A stretch of 64,000 nucleotides of DNA, taken from assembly GCA_963706025.1 (NCBI GenBank), contig CAVPLM010000005.1, positions 448,001-512,000 of the forward strand, in the 5' to 3' direction. This document shows, piece after piece, positions 41,907 to 53,730 of this stretch (positions are counted from its first letter, which is position 1; the number at the start of each line of letters is the position of its first letter). This stretch comes from an uncultured Actinomycetes bacterium. Its GTDB lineage: Bacteria; Actinomycetota; Thermoleophilia; RBG-16-64-13. A program made the translations under genes and the position numbers. The notes beneath the pieces are model-generated. The model saw nothing but the letters and a program-made list of their open reading frames with translations, did no database searches and was not told where the DNA came from.

Positions 41907-42083
41907 TCACTTGATCTTCAGAGCCTCCTCGATCTGTTTGACCTTCTCCGGCCCGAAGTAACCGCAATTACCTTTCTTCTGATCCGGTTCGAGGCCTTCC
42001 TGCTTAATGGTCTTGCTCACCTTGCCCGCCGAGACCCCTAGCTTCTCCGCGATCTTGCCTGCCGTCAGTAGCTCGTCCACCAT
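41907..42083 (-). CDS. Small basic HTH-like protein (58 aa), in frame with the end of the hflX ORF
   Basis: Own SD GGAGGTG then ATG 42083; [43 protein letters not shown]. Confidence 0.65.
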   Translation of the reverse strand: MVDELLTAGKIAEKLGVSAGKVSKTIKQEGLEPDQKKGNCGYFGPEKVKQIEEALKIK

Positions 42084-43439
42084 TTCGCCACCTCCAGTGC
42101 CCGCTCTGTCCGCGCGTTCGCGCGCCCGCAGAACGCGTTCCCAACTTGCGGCCGCGCTGTGCAACTCTCCAGCCAAGGATGGCGGGACCTTACCCTCCAT
42201 CCGCACGTCCTCGTCCCGGTACTCGAAGACTACGGAGCCGCGCTCTCTTACCCGGGCCATCAGGCTGCCGGCCGAATAGGGCACGAACACATCCACGTCC
42301 AGCCACAGCTCGGCCAAGACCTCTGCCATGAGCGCCCGCAAACCGTCGATACCCATTCCTGTAAGCGCCGACACTCTACGGACGTGCTGATCGTCGCGGC
42401 GAATCACCCCACCGCGGGCTCCCTCACCGCCGGGTGCGGCTTCGACCCGGTCTGCCTTGTTGAGCACCACGATCCGCGGTTTGTGGCCGGCCTCGAGGTC
42501 GTCCAGCACGGCCTGCACGGTGCGCCGGTGCTCCGCCGCATGCCGGTCGGCCAGGTCAACGACCTCCAGCAGGGCGTCCGCCCGGGTCACCTCCTCGAGC
42601 GTGGCCCGGAAAGCCTCCACCAGTTGGTGGGGCAACTTGTGGATGAAACCCACTGTATCGCTCACGATCACGATCTGTCCTTCAGCCAGCCGCACCCGGC
42701 GGGTGGTCGGGTCCAGAGTGGCGAAGAGCATATCCTCGACGGCCGCCGCCTCCTCGCCTACCAGAGCGTTGAGCAGCGTCGACTTCCCTGCGTTGGTGTA
42801 GCCCACGATGGCCACTTTGGGCAGGAGGCGGCGGTCGCGCGCCCGGGCCGCGGTCTCCCGGCGGCCGCGCACCTCCTCCACCCTCTCCCGAGTCTTCTTG
42901 ATGCGCTGTCGGATGACCCGGCGGTCGGTCTCGAGCTGCGTCTCACCCGGCCCGCGCGTGCCGATGCCCCCACCGGTGCGCGACAGGTGGGTCCACAAGC
43001 GGGTCAGGCGGGGCAACTGGTACTCGAGTTGTGCTAACTCCACCTGGATGCGGCCCTCGTGTGTGTGTGCTCGCTGAGCGAAGATATCGAGGATCACCCC
43101 GCTGCGATCGAGCACCTTCACGTCGAGGAGAACCTCCAACGACCGCTGCTGCTTGTAGGACAGCTCGTCGTCCGCCACCAACACAGTGAAACCGGTAGCC
43201 GCCTTGGCCGGCTTCAACTCTTGGGCTTTGCCCGTGCCCACATACCAGGCCGGGTGGATCGATTCCCGCTTCTGCGTAGCCGTGCCCACCACCTCCACGC
43301 CGGCCGTCTCCACCAGCGCCGAGAGCTCCCCGAGCGATTCTTCCGCGCTCCATCCGGCATCGTCACCGCAGTCGACGGCTATCAGGTAGGCCCGCTCTCG
43401 CTCTAACGGCGCGCCGTCAGCACCTCCGCGACTCCTCAT
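41907..43439 (-). CDS. hflX: Ribosome-splitting GTPase HflX (as assembled it reads through into the small HTH ORF)
   Basis: [40 protein letters not shown] and NKAD; ATG overlaps the uvrA TGA. Confidence 0.93.
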   Translation of the reverse strand: MRSRGGADGAPLERERAYLIAVDCGDDAGWSAEESLGELSALVETAGVEVVGTATQKRESIHPAWYVGTGKAQELKPAKAATGFTVLVADDELSYKQQRSLEVLLDVKVLDRSGVILDIFAQRAHTHEGRIQVELAQLEYQLPRLTRLWTHLSRTGGGIGTRGPGETQLETDRRVIRQRIKKTRERVEEVRGRRETAARARDRRLLPKVAIVGYTNAGKSTLLNALVGEEAAAVEDMLFATLDPTTRRVRLAEGQIVIVSDTVGFIHKLPHQLVEAFRATLEEVTRADALLEVVDLADRHAAEHRRTVQAVLDDLEAGHKPRIVVLNKADRVEAAPGGEGARGGVIRRDDQHVRRVSALTGMGIDGLRALMAEVLAELWLDVDVFVPYSAGSLMARVRERGSVVFEYRDEDVRMEGKVPPSLAGELHSAAASWERVLRARERADRAGTGGGEMVDELLTAGKIAEKLGVSAGKVSKTIKQEGLEPDQKKGNCGYFGPEKVKQIEEALKIK

Positions 43440-46348
43440 GCCACCCCCTGAGCGCGATCGGCGGGCATGCCCGGTGAACACCTCTCGAGGACACGCCGCA
43501 GGACCTTCCCCGTCTCACTGGCCGGGTGGGCGCAGACTTCCTCGGGAGTGCCCTCCGCCACCAACTCCCCGCCGGCATCCCCCCCTTCCGGGCCCAGGTC
43601 CACCAGCCAATCGGCGCATTTGATGACGTCCATATTGTGCTCTATCACCAGGACCGTGTTGCCCGTGTCCACCAGGCGTTGTAGAACCTGCAGCAGCCTG
43701 TCGACATCGGCGAAATGGAGCCCGGTCGTGGGCTCGTCCAAGATGTAAAGGGTGTTGCCGGTGGCTATCTTGGCCAGTTCGGTCGCCAGCTTCACCCGCT
43801 GGGCCTCGCCTCCCGAGAGCGTCGTGGAAGCTTGACCCAGCTTGATGTAATCCAGCCCCACATCGGCCAAGGTCTGTAGGCGCCGCCTGATCTTCGTTTG
43901 ATTGGCAAAGAACTCGAGTGCCTCCTCGACGCTCATGTCCAGGACTTCGGCCACGTTCTTGCCCTTGAAGCGCACCTCCAGCGTCTCCCGGTTGTACCGC
44001 TTGCCCTGGCAGACCTCGCAGGGCACGTAGATATCCGGCAGGAAGTGCATCTCTATCTTGAGGGTGCCGTCCCCCTTACAGGCCTCACATCGGCCGCCCT
44101 TCACATTGAAGCTGAAGCGGCCGGGCGCATAGCCGCGCACCTTCGATTCCTGCGTCTGCGAGAAGAGCTCCCGGATATGGTCGAAAAGCCCCGTGTAGGT
44201 AGCCGGGTTCGAGCGAGGGGTCCGGCCGATGGGGGTCTGGTCGATGTTGATGACCTTGTCGAGCTGCTCGATGCCGTCGATGCGATCGTGGTCTCCGGGG
44301 CGCACCGGCACTCGGTTGACGAGATTGGACAGGCTGCGGTAGATGATGTCGTTGACCAGGGTCGACTTCCCCGACCCCGAGACTCCGGTCACACAAACGA
44401 ACTTCCCGGTGGGGATGCGGACGTCAAGGTCTTTCAGGTTGTGCTCGCGGGCGCCCCGGACCACGATCTCACCCCGTCCTTCGCGCCGGGTCGCCGGGGT
44501 GGCAATAGACAGCTCTCCAGCCAGGAAACGTCCGGTGACCGAGCGAGGCTCGGCCACGATGGCCTCCAGCGAGCCGCTGGCCACTACCTCCCCCCCGTGT
44601 TCACCGGCGCCGGGACCCATGTCCACGATGTAGTCGGCCGAGCGCATGGTCTCCTCGTCATGCTCTACCACGATCACCGTGTTACCCAGGTCGCGCAGTC
44701 GCAGTAGGGTGTCTATGAGCCTGCGATTGTCGCGCTGATGGAGACCGATCGAGGGTTCGTCCAGTATGTACAGAACGCCCACCAGACTGGAGCCGATCTG
44801 GGTGGCCAAACGGATCCGCTGGGCTTCTCCCCCGGAAAGTGTGCTCGCCCCCCGGTGCAGACTCAGATAGCCCACCCCGACCGACTCCAGGAAGGACAAG
44901 CGCTCTCGGATCTCCTTGAGGACCCGGCCTCCGATAAGCCGTTCCCGTGCCCCCAGCTCCATGTCGTCGAGGAACCGCATGGTCCGAGTCACCGGCAGAA
45001 GGCTCAGCTCGTAGATGTTCAGGCCACCGACCCTCACCGCCAACGAGGGTGGTCTCAGCCGGGCCCCGTTACACGCGGTGCAGGGCCGCTCGGCCATATA
45101 CTCCTCGATCTTGTGGCGCATGTAGTCGGAATCCGTCTCCCGGTAGCGCCGTTCCAGATTGGGGACGATCCCCTCGAAGGTGGTCATGTAGCTGCGCTTG
45201 AAGCCCGAACGATTGACGTAGGAGACGTACAGGCGTTCCCCCCGCGTGCCGTAGAGGAACACATTCCGTACCTCCTCGGGCAGCGAAGCCCAAGGCGCGG
45301 AGATATCCACCTCATACCTTTCGGCTACCGCCTTGATGATCTGGTCGTAGTACTTCGAACTGCTGCCGGTCCACGGAAGCAGCACCCCTTCAGCGACCGA
45401 CAGCGAAGGGTCGCCCACGACCAGGTCCGGATCGATCTCGCGGCGGGCCCCCAGACCACCGCAGGTCTCGCAGGCGCCGTGAGGAGAGTTGAACGAGAAG
45501 ATGCGGGGCGCCATCTCGGGCAACGACACCCCGTGCACGGGGCAGGCCAGATTCTCGGAGAAAAGGAGGCTCGTAGGCCGGGGGCCGGCTTTTTCGTGGC
45601 CGCTCCCGCCGTCCGCCGACGCGCCGTCGTGAACGTCGACCACCAGCAGGCCGTGAGCCTCGGACAAGGCGGTCTCCACCGAGTCCGAAAGCCGCCGCCG
45701 TACGCCGTCCTTCATCACCAGACGATCGACCACCACGCTTATGTCGTGGCGCACGTTCTTGTCCAACTCAGGCAACGGCTCGTCCATGCTGTACTGTGCC
45801 CCGTCGATCTCCACCCGAGTAAAACCCTCCTGCCGGATGTGCTCCAGGACCTCCCTGTGCCAGCCCTTCTGGCCGCGGACAACCGGCGCTTTGATGACGA
45901 ACCGGGTACCACGTTCCAGGCCCAGGACCTGGTCCACGATCTGTTCCTTGCTCTGCCCTTCGATCGGGCGGCCGCAGATCCAGCAGTGGGGGTGCCCGAT
46001 GCGTGCGTAGAGCAGGCGGAGGTAATCGTAGATCTCGGTGACCGTGCCCACCGTGGAGCGTGGGTTGCGCGAAGTGGTCTTCTGGTCGATCGAGATGGCC
46101 GGGGAAAGCCCTTCGATGGAGTCCACATCGGGCTTGTTCATCTGGCCCAAGAACTGACGAGCGTACGCCGACAGACTCTCGACGTAGCGACGTTGGCCTT
46201 CGGCGTAGATGGTGTCGAAGGCAAGGCTCGACTTCCCCGAGCCCGAGAGCCCGGTGATTACGATGAAGCGGTCCCGTGGCAGGGCCAGAGAGACGTCCTT
46301 GAGATTGTGCTCCCGGGCCCCCACGACGATGATCTGGTCAGCGCCCAT
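43436..46348 (-). CDS. uvrA: Excinuclease ABC subunit A
   Basis: Two ABC ATPase modules ([24 protein letters not shown] twice) and zinc fingers. Confidence 0.97.
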   Translation of the reverse strand: MGADQIIVVGAREHNLKDVSLALPRDRFIVITGLSGSGKSSLAFDTIYAEGQRRYVESLSAYARQFLGQMNKPDVDSIEGLSPAISIDQKTTSRNPRSTVGTVTEIYDYLRLLYARIGHPHCWICGRPIEGQSKEQIVDQVLGLERGTRFVIKAPVVRGQKGWHREVLEHIRQEGFTRVEIDGAQYSMDEPLPELDKNVRHDISVVVDRLVMKDGVRRRLSDSVETALSEAHGLLVVDVHDGASADGGSGHEKAGPRPTSLLFSENLACPVHGVSLPEMAPRIFSFNSPHGACETCGGLGARREIDPDLVVGDPSLSVAEGVLLPWTGSSSKYYDQIIKAVAERYEVDISAPWASLPEEVRNVFLYGTRGERLYVSYVNRSGFKRSYMTTFEGIVPNLERRYRETDSDYMRHKIEEYMAERPCTACNGARLRPPSLAVRVGGLNIYELSLLPVTRTMRFLDDMELGARERLIGGRVLKEIRERLSFLESVGVGYLSLHRGASTLSGGEAQRIRLATQIGSSLVGVLYILDEPSIGLHQRDNRRLIDTLLRLRDLGNTVIVVEHDEETMRSADYIVDMGPGAGEHGGEVVASGSLEAIVAEPRSVTGRFLAGELSIATPATRREGRGEIVVRGAREHNLKDLDVRIPTGKFVCVTGVSGSGKSTLVNDIIYRSLSNLVNRVPVRPGDHDRIDGIEQLDKVINIDQTPIGRTPRSNPATYTGLFDHIRELFSQTQESKVRGYAPGRFSFNVKGGRCEACKGDGTLKIEMHFLPDIYVPCEVCQGKRYNRETLEVRFKGKNVAEVLDMSVEEALEFFANQTKIRRRLQTLADVGLDYIKLGQASTTLSGGEAQRVKLATELAKIATGNTLYILDEPTTGLHFADVDRLLQVLQRLVDTGNTVLVIEHNMDVIKCADWLVDLGPEGGDAGGELVAEGTPEEVCAHPASETGKVLRRVLERCSPGMPADRAQGVA

Positions 46349-46403
46349 GGCACGAGGATTCTAGCAGCTGGCCGGGACGGCGGAATGATGTTGGCACCCG
46401 GGT

Positions 46404-47522
46404 CTATGCGACGGTCGCAAGACGTGCCTTCAGCATTCTGATGGTGTCGCGTTGAGCCTCGAGAGCCGGATGATCCGAAGACTGCACTCTGCCGTGGAAA
46501 AGGGCCAGGTTCATCTGTTCCCGCTGCAGCTGCTTCAGCCAGGAGCGGGCCGCCGGTCCCTTCTCCCTCTTCATCCGGCGCAGAGCTGCTCGTCGCTTTC
46601 GTCCGCTCTGCAGGCTGTGGAACTCGACCTCACTGAGCACGTCGGTCCCCACTTCGGTGGCGATCAGCCGGGCGAACGCTTGGCCTTCCCGCCGCCGGGC
46701 AAAGACCGCAAGAAGCGCCAGGAAGACAAGGAAAGGCACCCCCTTGACGACCAAAGCGAGAACGAACGACCCCGTGCTGCGTGCCATGAGCGAATCGAGC
46801 CAGGGCGAGTTCCACACGAAGTGCGCGGCCCACGCCAGGACCGCGAACAGGGCCGCCATCACCACACGTCTACCGAGGGGCGCGGCGCGCTGGGTCACCA
46901 AGTAGGCGATGCCGAACCCCATCAGTCCGGTGAACAGAGTGTGACTGTACAGTCCGGCAAGGACCACCCGAACGAAAAAGGTGTTGACCACCGGTCCCAA
47001 TTGCCCGGCCCCGGCTTCCGCTGCGGCATACATGAAGTACTGCACGTTCTCCACCACCTGGAAGCCGAGTCCGATCATGGCGCCGTACACCAGCCCGTCC
47101 ATCAACCCGTCTATCTCGGAGCGAGCCATAAGAAAGATGATGACCAAACCGGCTCCCTTGTAGAGCTCCTCGTTGATGGGGGCGACGATGGCTGCCCCCC
47201 AGGAATCCACTGTGGTCGCGGGCAGGATGTGCTGCAGGAAGCTCAACATCGACGAATTGGTGATCGCCGAGAACGACAAGGCCACCACTCCGCCCCACAG
47301 GACCGCGACGGCGATAAGGGATGCGGGCTCTGGCTCGAAAGTGTCGAACCTATAGATGATGAGACCAGCGGGTATCGCCGTGACTGCGAGGAGGACGATC
47401 GAGAGCAGCCAGGCCCCGGGGTAGCTGTTCACGTACGCGAGTTGCTCGATCCCGACGATCAATACGCCGCCGGCCATGAGCGCAAGGAACAGCCAGTAGG
47501 CGGGCTGTCTGCCCAGGCTCAA
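46404..47522 (-). CDS. prsW: PrsW-family intramembrane protease
   Basis: EPEP, APINEELYK, GFQVVEN, HTLFT and HFVWN; multi-TM. Confidence 0.88.
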   Translation of the reverse strand: MSLGRQPAYWLFLALMAGGVLIVGIEQLAYVNSYPGAWLLSIVLLAVTAIPAGLIIYRFDTFEPEPASLIAVAVLWGGVVALSFSAITNSSMLSFLQHILPATTVDSWGAAIVAPINEELYKGAGLVIIFLMARSEIDGLMDGLVYGAMIGLGFQVVENVQYFMYAAAEAGAGQLGPVVNTFFVRVVLAGLYSHTLFTGLMGFGIAYLVTQRAAPLGRRVVMAALFAVLAWAAHFVWNSPWLDSLMARSTGSFVLALVVKGVPFLVFLALLAVFARRREGQAFARLIATEVGTDVLSEVEFHSLQSGRKRRAALRRMKREKGPAARSWLKQLQREQMNLALFHGRVQSSDHPALEAQRDTIRMLKARLATVA

Positions 47523-48130
47523 CGAGGCACCACAAGGGTCTCAAGCATGGTGTCCAGGTCGGCCTGCACCCGCGGCAACTGGCCGGCCGGAGCGACGGCC
47601 AGCATCACCACGCCGGTCCCTCCATACGTCGCCGCCGCCAACTCGCCTTCCAATCGACTGGAGTCCGCGGTCCCAGAGAACAGTACGGTCAGGCCGGGCA
47701 GGTCACCGGCTATGGATGACTCGGCAGCAGGCAGGGCCCTGAAGGAATCGAACTGACCCTTGAGGTCGTCAAGTTCGAAAGCGAGAAGCTCCTCAGCAGT
47801 ACCGTCGTACGCTTCCGCGGCGAACACGACGACGGCGCCGGCCCGCTTGAGGGAAACAGCGTTCGGTCCCGCCTCCCAAACGTCGGCAGCCGAGGTCCAT
47901 CCGTCCGCCGGCGTCACCGTCACGTTTCGACCCAGCTCGATCGGTACCGCCTGGTCGACACCGGCAGGCGCCGCGAACGCCGCCAAGAGGAGAGTGAACA
48001 GCATCCAGCCGATCATGACCGCGACCAGGATGACCGGGCCTCGCCACAAGGAGTGACGCGGTCCCTCGGTAGGCATAGGACGAGGGGGGGCCCCGCGGAC
48101 TGTGTAGATGGGTAAGTCGCCCTGGTTCAC
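47519..48130 (-). CDS. Membrane-anchored hypothetical protein coupled to prsW
   Basis: One N-terminal TM then a beta-rich domain; stop overlaps the prsW start; start codon uncertain. Confidence 0.65.
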   Translation of the reverse strand: MNQGDLPIYTVRGAPPRPMPTEGPRHSLWRGPVILVAVMIGWMLFTLLLAAFAAPAGVDQAVPIELGRNVTVTPADGWTSAADVWEAGPNAVSLKRAGAVVVFAAEAYDGTAEELLAFELDDLKGQFDSFRALPAAESSIAGDLPGLTVLFSGTADSSRLEGELAAATYGGTGVVMLAVAPAGQLPRVQADLDTMLETLVVPR

Positions 48131-48230
48131 AGCAGTCTCCGCCGTCCTTCTTCCCAGAAAACACAAGAGCCCCGCCGCCGTCACGGTGGGGCCTTCTGGG
48201 TCCGGTCCACTCGGGGTCCGGAAGTCTAGG

Positions 48231-48303
48231 TGGAGGTAAGGGGACTCGAACCCCTGGCCTCAACGCTGCCAGCGTCGCGCTCTCCCAGCTGAGCTATACC
48301 CCC
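48231..48303 (-). tRNA. tRNA-Ala (GGC)
   Basis: Acceptor stem GGGGGTA/TACCTCC with G3:U70, anticodon arm CGACG-CT GGC AG-CGTTG, GTTCGAG; CCA not encoded. Confidence 0.96.
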
Positions 48304-48375
48304 ACGGCGAGCGGCCTCGGATTATAGCCGCTGGTTCAACCCGGTGCAACCGGGCGGTCGCCGGCCACAGACCCC

Positions 48376-48804
48376 CTACTCAACGCTCTCGACCGGCGCC
48401 TGCTTCCAGAGCACATCCAGCCTGTAGAACTCCCGCGCGGTCGGGGTGAAGACGTGCACCACGAAGTCAAGATAGTCCAGGAGGATCCATTCTCCGCTCG
48501 CCGCGCCCTCGCTCCCGCTCGGCAACAGGCCGGCGTCGCGCTTGAGCCTGAAGCCAATCTCCTCGGCGATGCGTCGGGTCAGGCGCACGTTGCGACCTGT
48601 GCACAGTACGAAGTAGTCCGTGTAGGTGACCAGTTCGTGCATGTCCAGCACCTTGACCTCTTCGGCCTTAACACCGGCCGCCGCCATCGCGGCGCGGCGG
48701 GCGCGCGCATGGATGAGCTCGAGCTCTTGGTCGGACTCGGGGACGCTGGGCCGTTCTCGCCGAGACAGACTCTGAAGACCCGGAACGGCAGGCTCCTCAA
48801 CCAC
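48376..48804 (-). CDS. rsfS: Ribosome silencing factor
   Basis: KAEEVKVLDM, TDYFVLCTG, WILLDY.DFVVHVF and REFYRLDVLW. Confidence 0.92.
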   Translation of the reverse strand: MVEEPAVPGLQSLSRRERPSVPESDQELELIHARARRAAMAAAGVKAEEVKVLDMHELVTYTDYFVLCTGRNVRLTRRIAEEIGFRLKRDAGLLPSGSEGAASGEWILLDYLDFVVHVFTPTAREFYRLDVLWKQAPVESVE

Positions 48805-48813
48805 GGCGACGGA

Positions 48814-50349
48814 TCACTCCCATTCGATAGTGGAGGGAGGTTTGCTGGAGATGTCGAGCACCACGCGATTGACCCCCGGGACCTCGTTGATGACACGCTG
48901 GGAGATGCGCTCCAGCAGGTCGTACGGCAGACGAGCCCAATCCGCCGTCATGGCGTCGTCGGAAGTGACGGCCCGCACGACGATGGGGTAGGCATAGGTG
49001 CGCTCGTCGCCCATGACGCCCACGCTGCGGATGGCCGGCAACACCGCGAAGGACTGCCAGAGCTCCCGGTACAGACCAGCCCGTTTGACCTCATCCAGCA
49101 GGATAGCGTCGGCTTCTCGGAGGATCTCCAGTCTCTCCCAGGTGACTTCACCCACGATGCGGATGGCGAGTCCCGGGCCCGGGAAGGGCTGGCGCCAGAC
49201 CATTTCCTCCGGCAGGCCCAGTTCCTCGCCCACGACCCGCACTTCGTCCTTGAACAACATACGAAGCGGTTCTACCAGTTCGAAATCGACGTCTTCAGGT
49301 AGACCTCCGACGTTGTGATGTGACTTGATAACCGCCGCCGAAGTAGTCCCCGACTCGATCACATCCGGATAGATAGTCCCCTGCACGAGGAACTTCGACT
49401 TGCCGAGCTTGTGAGATTCTCCCTCGAAAGTCCGGATGAACTCCTCACCGATGATCTTCCGCTTGTCTTCGGGATCCGTGACGCCCGCCAGCTTCCCTAT
49501 GAAGCGCTCCTGCGCCTGTACGTGAACCAGCGGTATGTGGAAATGGCGGCGGAACGTGTCCGCCACCTGTTCGGCTTCGTTCTTCCGATTGAGCCCGTGG
49601 TCCACAAAGATGCAGGTCAGCTGATTGCCCACTGCCTTGTAGACGAGAAGCGCGGCCACCGTCGAGTCCACCCCTCCGGACAGCCCGCAGACCACAGGTT
49701 GGTCGCCGACCTGAGCACGGATTCGCCCCACAGCCTCTTCGATGATAGAGACCGGCGTCCAGGTGGGGGCGATATCGCAGATCTTGTAGAGGAAGTTCTT
49801 GAGAATATCCTGGCCGCACTCAGTGTGACGCACCTCCGGGTGAAACTGGACCCCGTATAACTTCGCCTCCGGGTCCTCCATGGCAGCCACCGGCATGTTC
49901 GGGCTGGTCGCCGTGACCTGGAAACCCGGTGGCACCTCGACCACCGAATCACCATGGCTCATCCAACACCCCATCTCCCCAGGAAGACCGGCGAACAGCG
50001 CGCCGTGATCGTTGACGGTCAGCGTCCTCCCCCCGTATTCCGCTCGCCCGATGCGCGCGACCTGCCCGCCCTTCAGCTTGGCGATGAGTTGCAGGCCGTA
50101 GCAGATCCCCAGCACCGGGATGCCGCCGGCCAGGATCTCCGGATCCACAGTAGGCGCGCCGGGATCGTTGACGCCACATGGCCCCCCGGACAGAATGATC
50201 CCGGCGGGTTTCTGGGCGCGGATGTCGGCCAGCGGCGTGTCAAGAGGGATGAGTTCGGAGTAGACACGGCATTCGCGAACGCGCCGCGCGATGAGTTGGG
50301 AGTACTGACCGCCGAAATCGATGACCAGGATCTTCCTGACGCCGTCCAC
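48814..50349 (-). CDS. guaA: GMP synthase (glutamine-hydrolysing)
   Basis: [32 protein letters not shown] and KPPSTIEWE; GTG at 50349. Confidence 0.97.
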   Translation of the reverse strand: MDGVRKILVIDFGGQYSQLIARRVRECRVYSELIPLDTPLADIRAQKPAGIILSGGPCGVNDPGAPTVDPEILAGGIPVLGICYGLQLIAKLKGGQVARIGRAEYGGRTLTVNDHGALFAGLPGEMGCWMSHGDSVVEVPPGFQVTATSPNMPVAAMEDPEAKLYGVQFHPEVRHTECGQDILKNFLYKICDIAPTWTPVSIIEEAVGRIRAQVGDQPVVCGLSGGVDSTVAALLVYKAVGNQLTCIFVDHGLNRKNEAEQVADTFRRHFHIPLVHVQAQERFIGKLAGVTDPEDKRKIIGEEFIRTFEGESHKLGKSKFLVQGTIYPDVIESGTTSAAVIKSHHNVGGLPEDVDFELVEPLRMLFKDEVRVVGEELGLPEEMVWRQPFPGPGLAIRIVGEVTWERLEILREADAILLDEVKRAGLYRELWQSFAVLPAIRSVGVMGDERTYAYPIVVRAVTSDDAMTADWARLPYDLLERISQRVINEVPGVNRVVLDISSKPPSTIEWE

Positions 50350-50350
50350 C

Positions 50351-51301
50351 TTACGATTCAGCGGACACCTCCTCCACCTCCACGGCTCCGGCCAGTTCCA
50401 CGGCGTCTGCCGCCAGAAAGACCCCGGCGCCATATCGCACCAGACTGGCGGCGGCACAGCCCAGACCGAAGCGCAGGCATTCGACCGGTTCGGCGCCCTC
50501 GAGAAGGCGCACCGCATATCCACCCACCAAAGCATCCCCCCAGCCCAGAGGCGATACCGCGTCGATCTCCGGCATCTTGCCGACGTAGGTCCGGCTGCCC
50601 TCTCCGTCGGCTAGTTCGGCAACACACCCGTACCGGAAGGTGATCACCACGGAACCGGCTCCCATCTCCCGCATACGGCGGGCCGCCAGGATGCGGTCGT
50701 TCAGACTAGCGAACTCGTAGCCTATGACTTTCTCGGCCTCGACCAACTTGGGAAACACGAAGTCAGGGCCCGCTTTGATGCCCCAGCGCAGCGGATCACC
50801 ATACGTGTAGAAGAAGGTCTTGACTCCCAGTCTCCGCAGCCGCTCGATCATGTGCACGTAGAAGTCGTCCTCCAGTCCCCGCGGGACGCTCCCGGCCAAG
50901 ACCGCTATGTCGGCCGCCTTGCCCAGATACTCCAGCTTCTCGTACATCAGGTTGACTTCCTCCGGCCGGATCTCCGGGCCGGCCTCGGTGATCTCGGTGA
51001 CGGAGTTGGTGGCGGGGTCGACGACAGCCATCGTGAGTCTCGACTCGTCCTGGATACGCACGAAATCGTTCAGGATCCCCTCGCTGTTGAGATCGGCAAG
51101 GATCTGGTCGCCCCTGCGACCGCCCATGAACCCGGTGGCGATGACCGGCCGGCCCAGGATCCTGGCCGCCCGGGCGACATTGATGCCCTTGCCGCCAGGG
51201 AAGGCGACCGTGTCGATGGCCCGGTTACGGAAGCCGGCATGGAAATTGGGAACGACCATCGTCCGGTCGAGGGCCGGATTGAGGGTCACCGTCAGTATCA
51301 T
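50351..51301 (-). CDS. 1-phosphofructokinase family (PfkB) sugar kinase with a divergent active-site motif
   Basis: [11 protein letters not shown] and GGKGINVA; anion-hole motif reads SPLGWGD instead of xTxGAGD. Confidence 0.85.
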   Translation of the reverse strand: MILTVTLNPALDRTMVVPNFHAGFRNRAIDTVAFPGGKGINVARAARILGRPVIATGFMGGRRGDQILADLNSEGILNDFVRIQDESRLTMAVVDPATNSVTEITEAGPEIRPEEVNLMYEKLEYLGKAADIAVLAGSVPRGLEDDFYVHMIERLRRLGVKTFFYTYGDPLRWGIKAGPDFVFPKLVEAEKVIGYEFASLNDRILAARRMREMGAGSVVITFRYGCVAELADGEGSRTYVGKMPEIDAVSPLGWGDALVGGYAVRLLEGAEPVECLRFGLGCAAASLVRYGAGVFLAADAVELAGAVEVEEVSAES

Positions 51302-51322
51302 GGACGACTGGTCCCCACGGCC

Positions 51323-52577
51323 CTAGCCCGCTCCCAGCCACCGGGCGAGCCGATCCCAGTAGTGGCTCAGCTTGGAGCCGAGGGTGGTCTTCCCGATCGA
51401 CTTGTTCGCTACCAGGTCCACGGTCTTCACCGTCTCTCCATCGACCATCAAGGCCACGCTGCCGTACACATCGCCTGCCCTGACGGGAAGGACCAGCCGG
51501 CCCGTCAAGTGAAACCGAAGCGGTGACCTCGTCGTCCTTGTACAGATCCATCTCCACGGCGCTCTCAGTGACGAGTTGCAGTCCGCCGTCAAACTGATGG
51601 GGAACAGTGGTCTCTGCCACCGCCACGCCCTCTTCCATGAGGGTGACGTGCTTGTACTGGGCCAATCCGTACTCCAAGAGAGCCTGGCTCTCGCTGAAAC
51701 AGACACTCGACGACGGTTGACCGAGGACCACGCTGATGACCGAGACGCCGTTCTTCGAGGCGGATCCCACGAGACACTGCTCCGCCTTGGGCGTGAGCCC
51801 GGTCTTGATGCCGGTCACCCAGGAGACTCGGCCTAACAGCTTGTTCGTGTTCTTGAAGACGGTGGGCTCGGACCTACCCGGTAGCGAGACCGTATAGCTC
51901 TCCGTGGACACCAACTCGCGGAACTTGTCGTTCTTCATAGCGTATCGAGCGACCACAGCCATGTCGGCTGCGGTCGAGTAATGTCCGGTCGCATCCAAGC
52001 CGTTGGGGTTGACGAAGTGCGTGTCCTCCATCCCTAGTTCCGCGGCCTTGTCGTTCATCAAGGCGGCGAACTCCTCCACGGACCCCGAGCACGCCTCAGC
52101 CAAGGCCACGGCGGCTGAGTTCGCGCTCCGAAGCATCAGAGCGTACAGGAGCTGCTCTACCGTAAGAACATCGCCCTCCCTCAGCCAGGTCTTGGGCTCG
52201 ATGGTCTGCGCGGCCTTCTCAGAAACCGTGACGGAGGTGCCCAAGTCCATGTTCTCGAGGATCAGGATGCCGGTCATGATCTTGGTGGTCGAAGCCATGC
52301 GCCTTTGTTTCTCCGCGTTACGCTCGTAGAGCACCTTGCCGGAATCCGCATGGATGAGGATGGCGGCGGGAGACTCGACGGTTGGTGGATCGGCCGCGAA
52401 TCCACCCAGATCCGTCGCGCTGACGGTGAAGACGGTCGTCTGGGTCGGTGAGTTGGCCGTGGCCTCGGCGGTCTCGCCCAGAGCGATGGCACTCAGAACC
52501 GAGATCACCACCAGGAGAACGACCGCGAAGATCAGGAGCGGGCCAAACCGCCCCTGTCTGGCTATCGGTGGCATCAT
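51323..52577 (-). CDS. D-alanyl-D-alanine carboxypeptidase (peptidase S11), +1 frameshift ~51500
   Basis: SxxK (ASTTK), SxN (SAN), NPNGL and KTG; the PBP5 C-terminal domain continues in the adjacent frame. Confidence 0.9.
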
Positions 52578-52688
52578 GGCGCGGAGTATACCATGGGCCA
52601 CTTCGCCGACCGCGCCGGACATCCCCGGTTCGGAGGCCTTCGGGCCGATGCTATACTTCGCGGCTGACTTGTGCTCCGTCGGGGAGGT

Positions 52689-53453
52689 ATGACGATCGCC
52701 GAGGTGCTACGCCACGCTTGGAGCCGGCTGATCCGCAAACAGTGGTTGATCTTCTATCCATTGGCGCTGGCGGTCATCAACACCTTGGCTTTCTTCGCGA
52801 TCTACGCGAGCAATGGCGAGACCATGAGTTGGACTGCGTTCTTCGCCGCCAATGCTGCCCGATGGCAGTACGTCCAGGATCACTTCCTCAGCGGCTTCTC
52901 TTTCACGCCCACGCTGGCCATAGCCGTGTTCGTGGGGCTGGCCGTCTGCGTGCTCGCGGCCATGATCCGTGCTCCCTACTTCCGTTCTATAGCCGGTCTT
53001 GGTTACCCTCTCGCGCCTCGAAACCGTCAAGAGGCAGCCAGACTCTCGCTCTTCTACGTGCTCGCAAATCTGGTGTTATGGGTACTGCCCCTTGCGGCCC
53101 CCGGCGGCAGCATACTGGAGCAGATCGTGGCCGTCGCGGTGCTGGTGGTAGCGATCCTGATCGCCTTCGTCGACTACGTCATAGTCTTCGAAGAGGTGGC
53201 TTTGCCTGCCGCCGTCCGCCGAAGCGTCCAGCTGTTCGGCCGTCGTTGGATCACTTTGGTCGCGATCTTCGTGGTCATTCAACTCCTGTACCTGGGGATC
53301 TACAGCCTGTATGACCTCTACTACCAAAAGGCCACCGGGCTGTTCATCCTTCTGCCGCTCAGTCAGATCCTGGTGGAGGCATTCGTGGTGCTCTGCATCG
53401 ACCTGGTGCTCATCTTCCTCTACGAGCAGATCAGACCGGATAGCGCTTCCTAG
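52689..53453 (+). CDS. Multi-pass membrane hypothetical protein
   Basis: SD GGAGG then ATG 52689; about 6 hydrophobic segments. Confidence 0.75.
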   Translation: MTIAEVLRHAWSRLIRKQWLIFYPLALAVINTLAFFAIYASNGETMSWTAFFAANAARWQYVQDHFLSGFSFTPTLAIAVFVGLAVCVLAAMIRAPYFRSIAGLGYPLAPRNRQEAARLSLFYVLANLVLWVLPLAAPGGSILEQIVAVAVLVVAILIAFVDYVIVFEEVALPAAVRRSVQLFGRRWITLVAIFVVIQLLYLGIYSLYDLYYQKATGLFILLPLSQILVEAFVVLCIDLVLIFLYEQIRPDSAS

Positions 53454-53529
53454 GGAACGCGCAGCCGGGAACATTAGTCGGCTGCTTTCCCGGCCTCTCT
53501 CAGGGTCGCCTTCTATCGAGCCCAGGGTC

Positions 53530-53730
53530 TCAAGGGACCACTTCCACCGTCGGCAAGGTGGTCGGAGCGGCCTCCGGGCCGACTCGGGGCTGGTCGCTCT
53601 TCACTACGCCGGTCAGGACCAGTACGCTCACGACTGCGACCACAACCACGAGGGCCACAAGAGGAAGGACATAGGTCCGCACCCAGGTCGAGTTCTCGGG
53701 CCCTTCTGAGTACAGGTCTTCGCTAGACAC
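53530..53730 (-). CDS. Small single-TM hypothetical protein
   Basis: Start overlaps the pyrF end, with SD GGAGG; one clear TM. Confidence 0.5.
   Translation of the reverse strand: MSSEDLYSEGPENSTWVRTYVLPLVALVVVVAVVSVLVLTGVVKSDQPRVGPEAAPTTLPTVEVVP

Noticed and set aside
44738-46441. Long antisense ORFs (this 567-aa one, also 11486-13156 and 46452-47756)
   Set aside because: They are shadow frames of high-GC genes (uvrA, nuoF-like, prsW) with no recognisable motifs.
48110-48120. 11-mer GGGTAAGTCGC shared with the sodB promoter
   Set aside because: It is in the opposite orientation relative to the gene, and a single 11-mer match is expected by chance.
46404-48303. Genomic island integrated at tRNA-Ala (also considered for tRNA-Asn and tRNA-Leu)
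   Set aside because: I saw no integrase and no duplicated tRNA 3' end.
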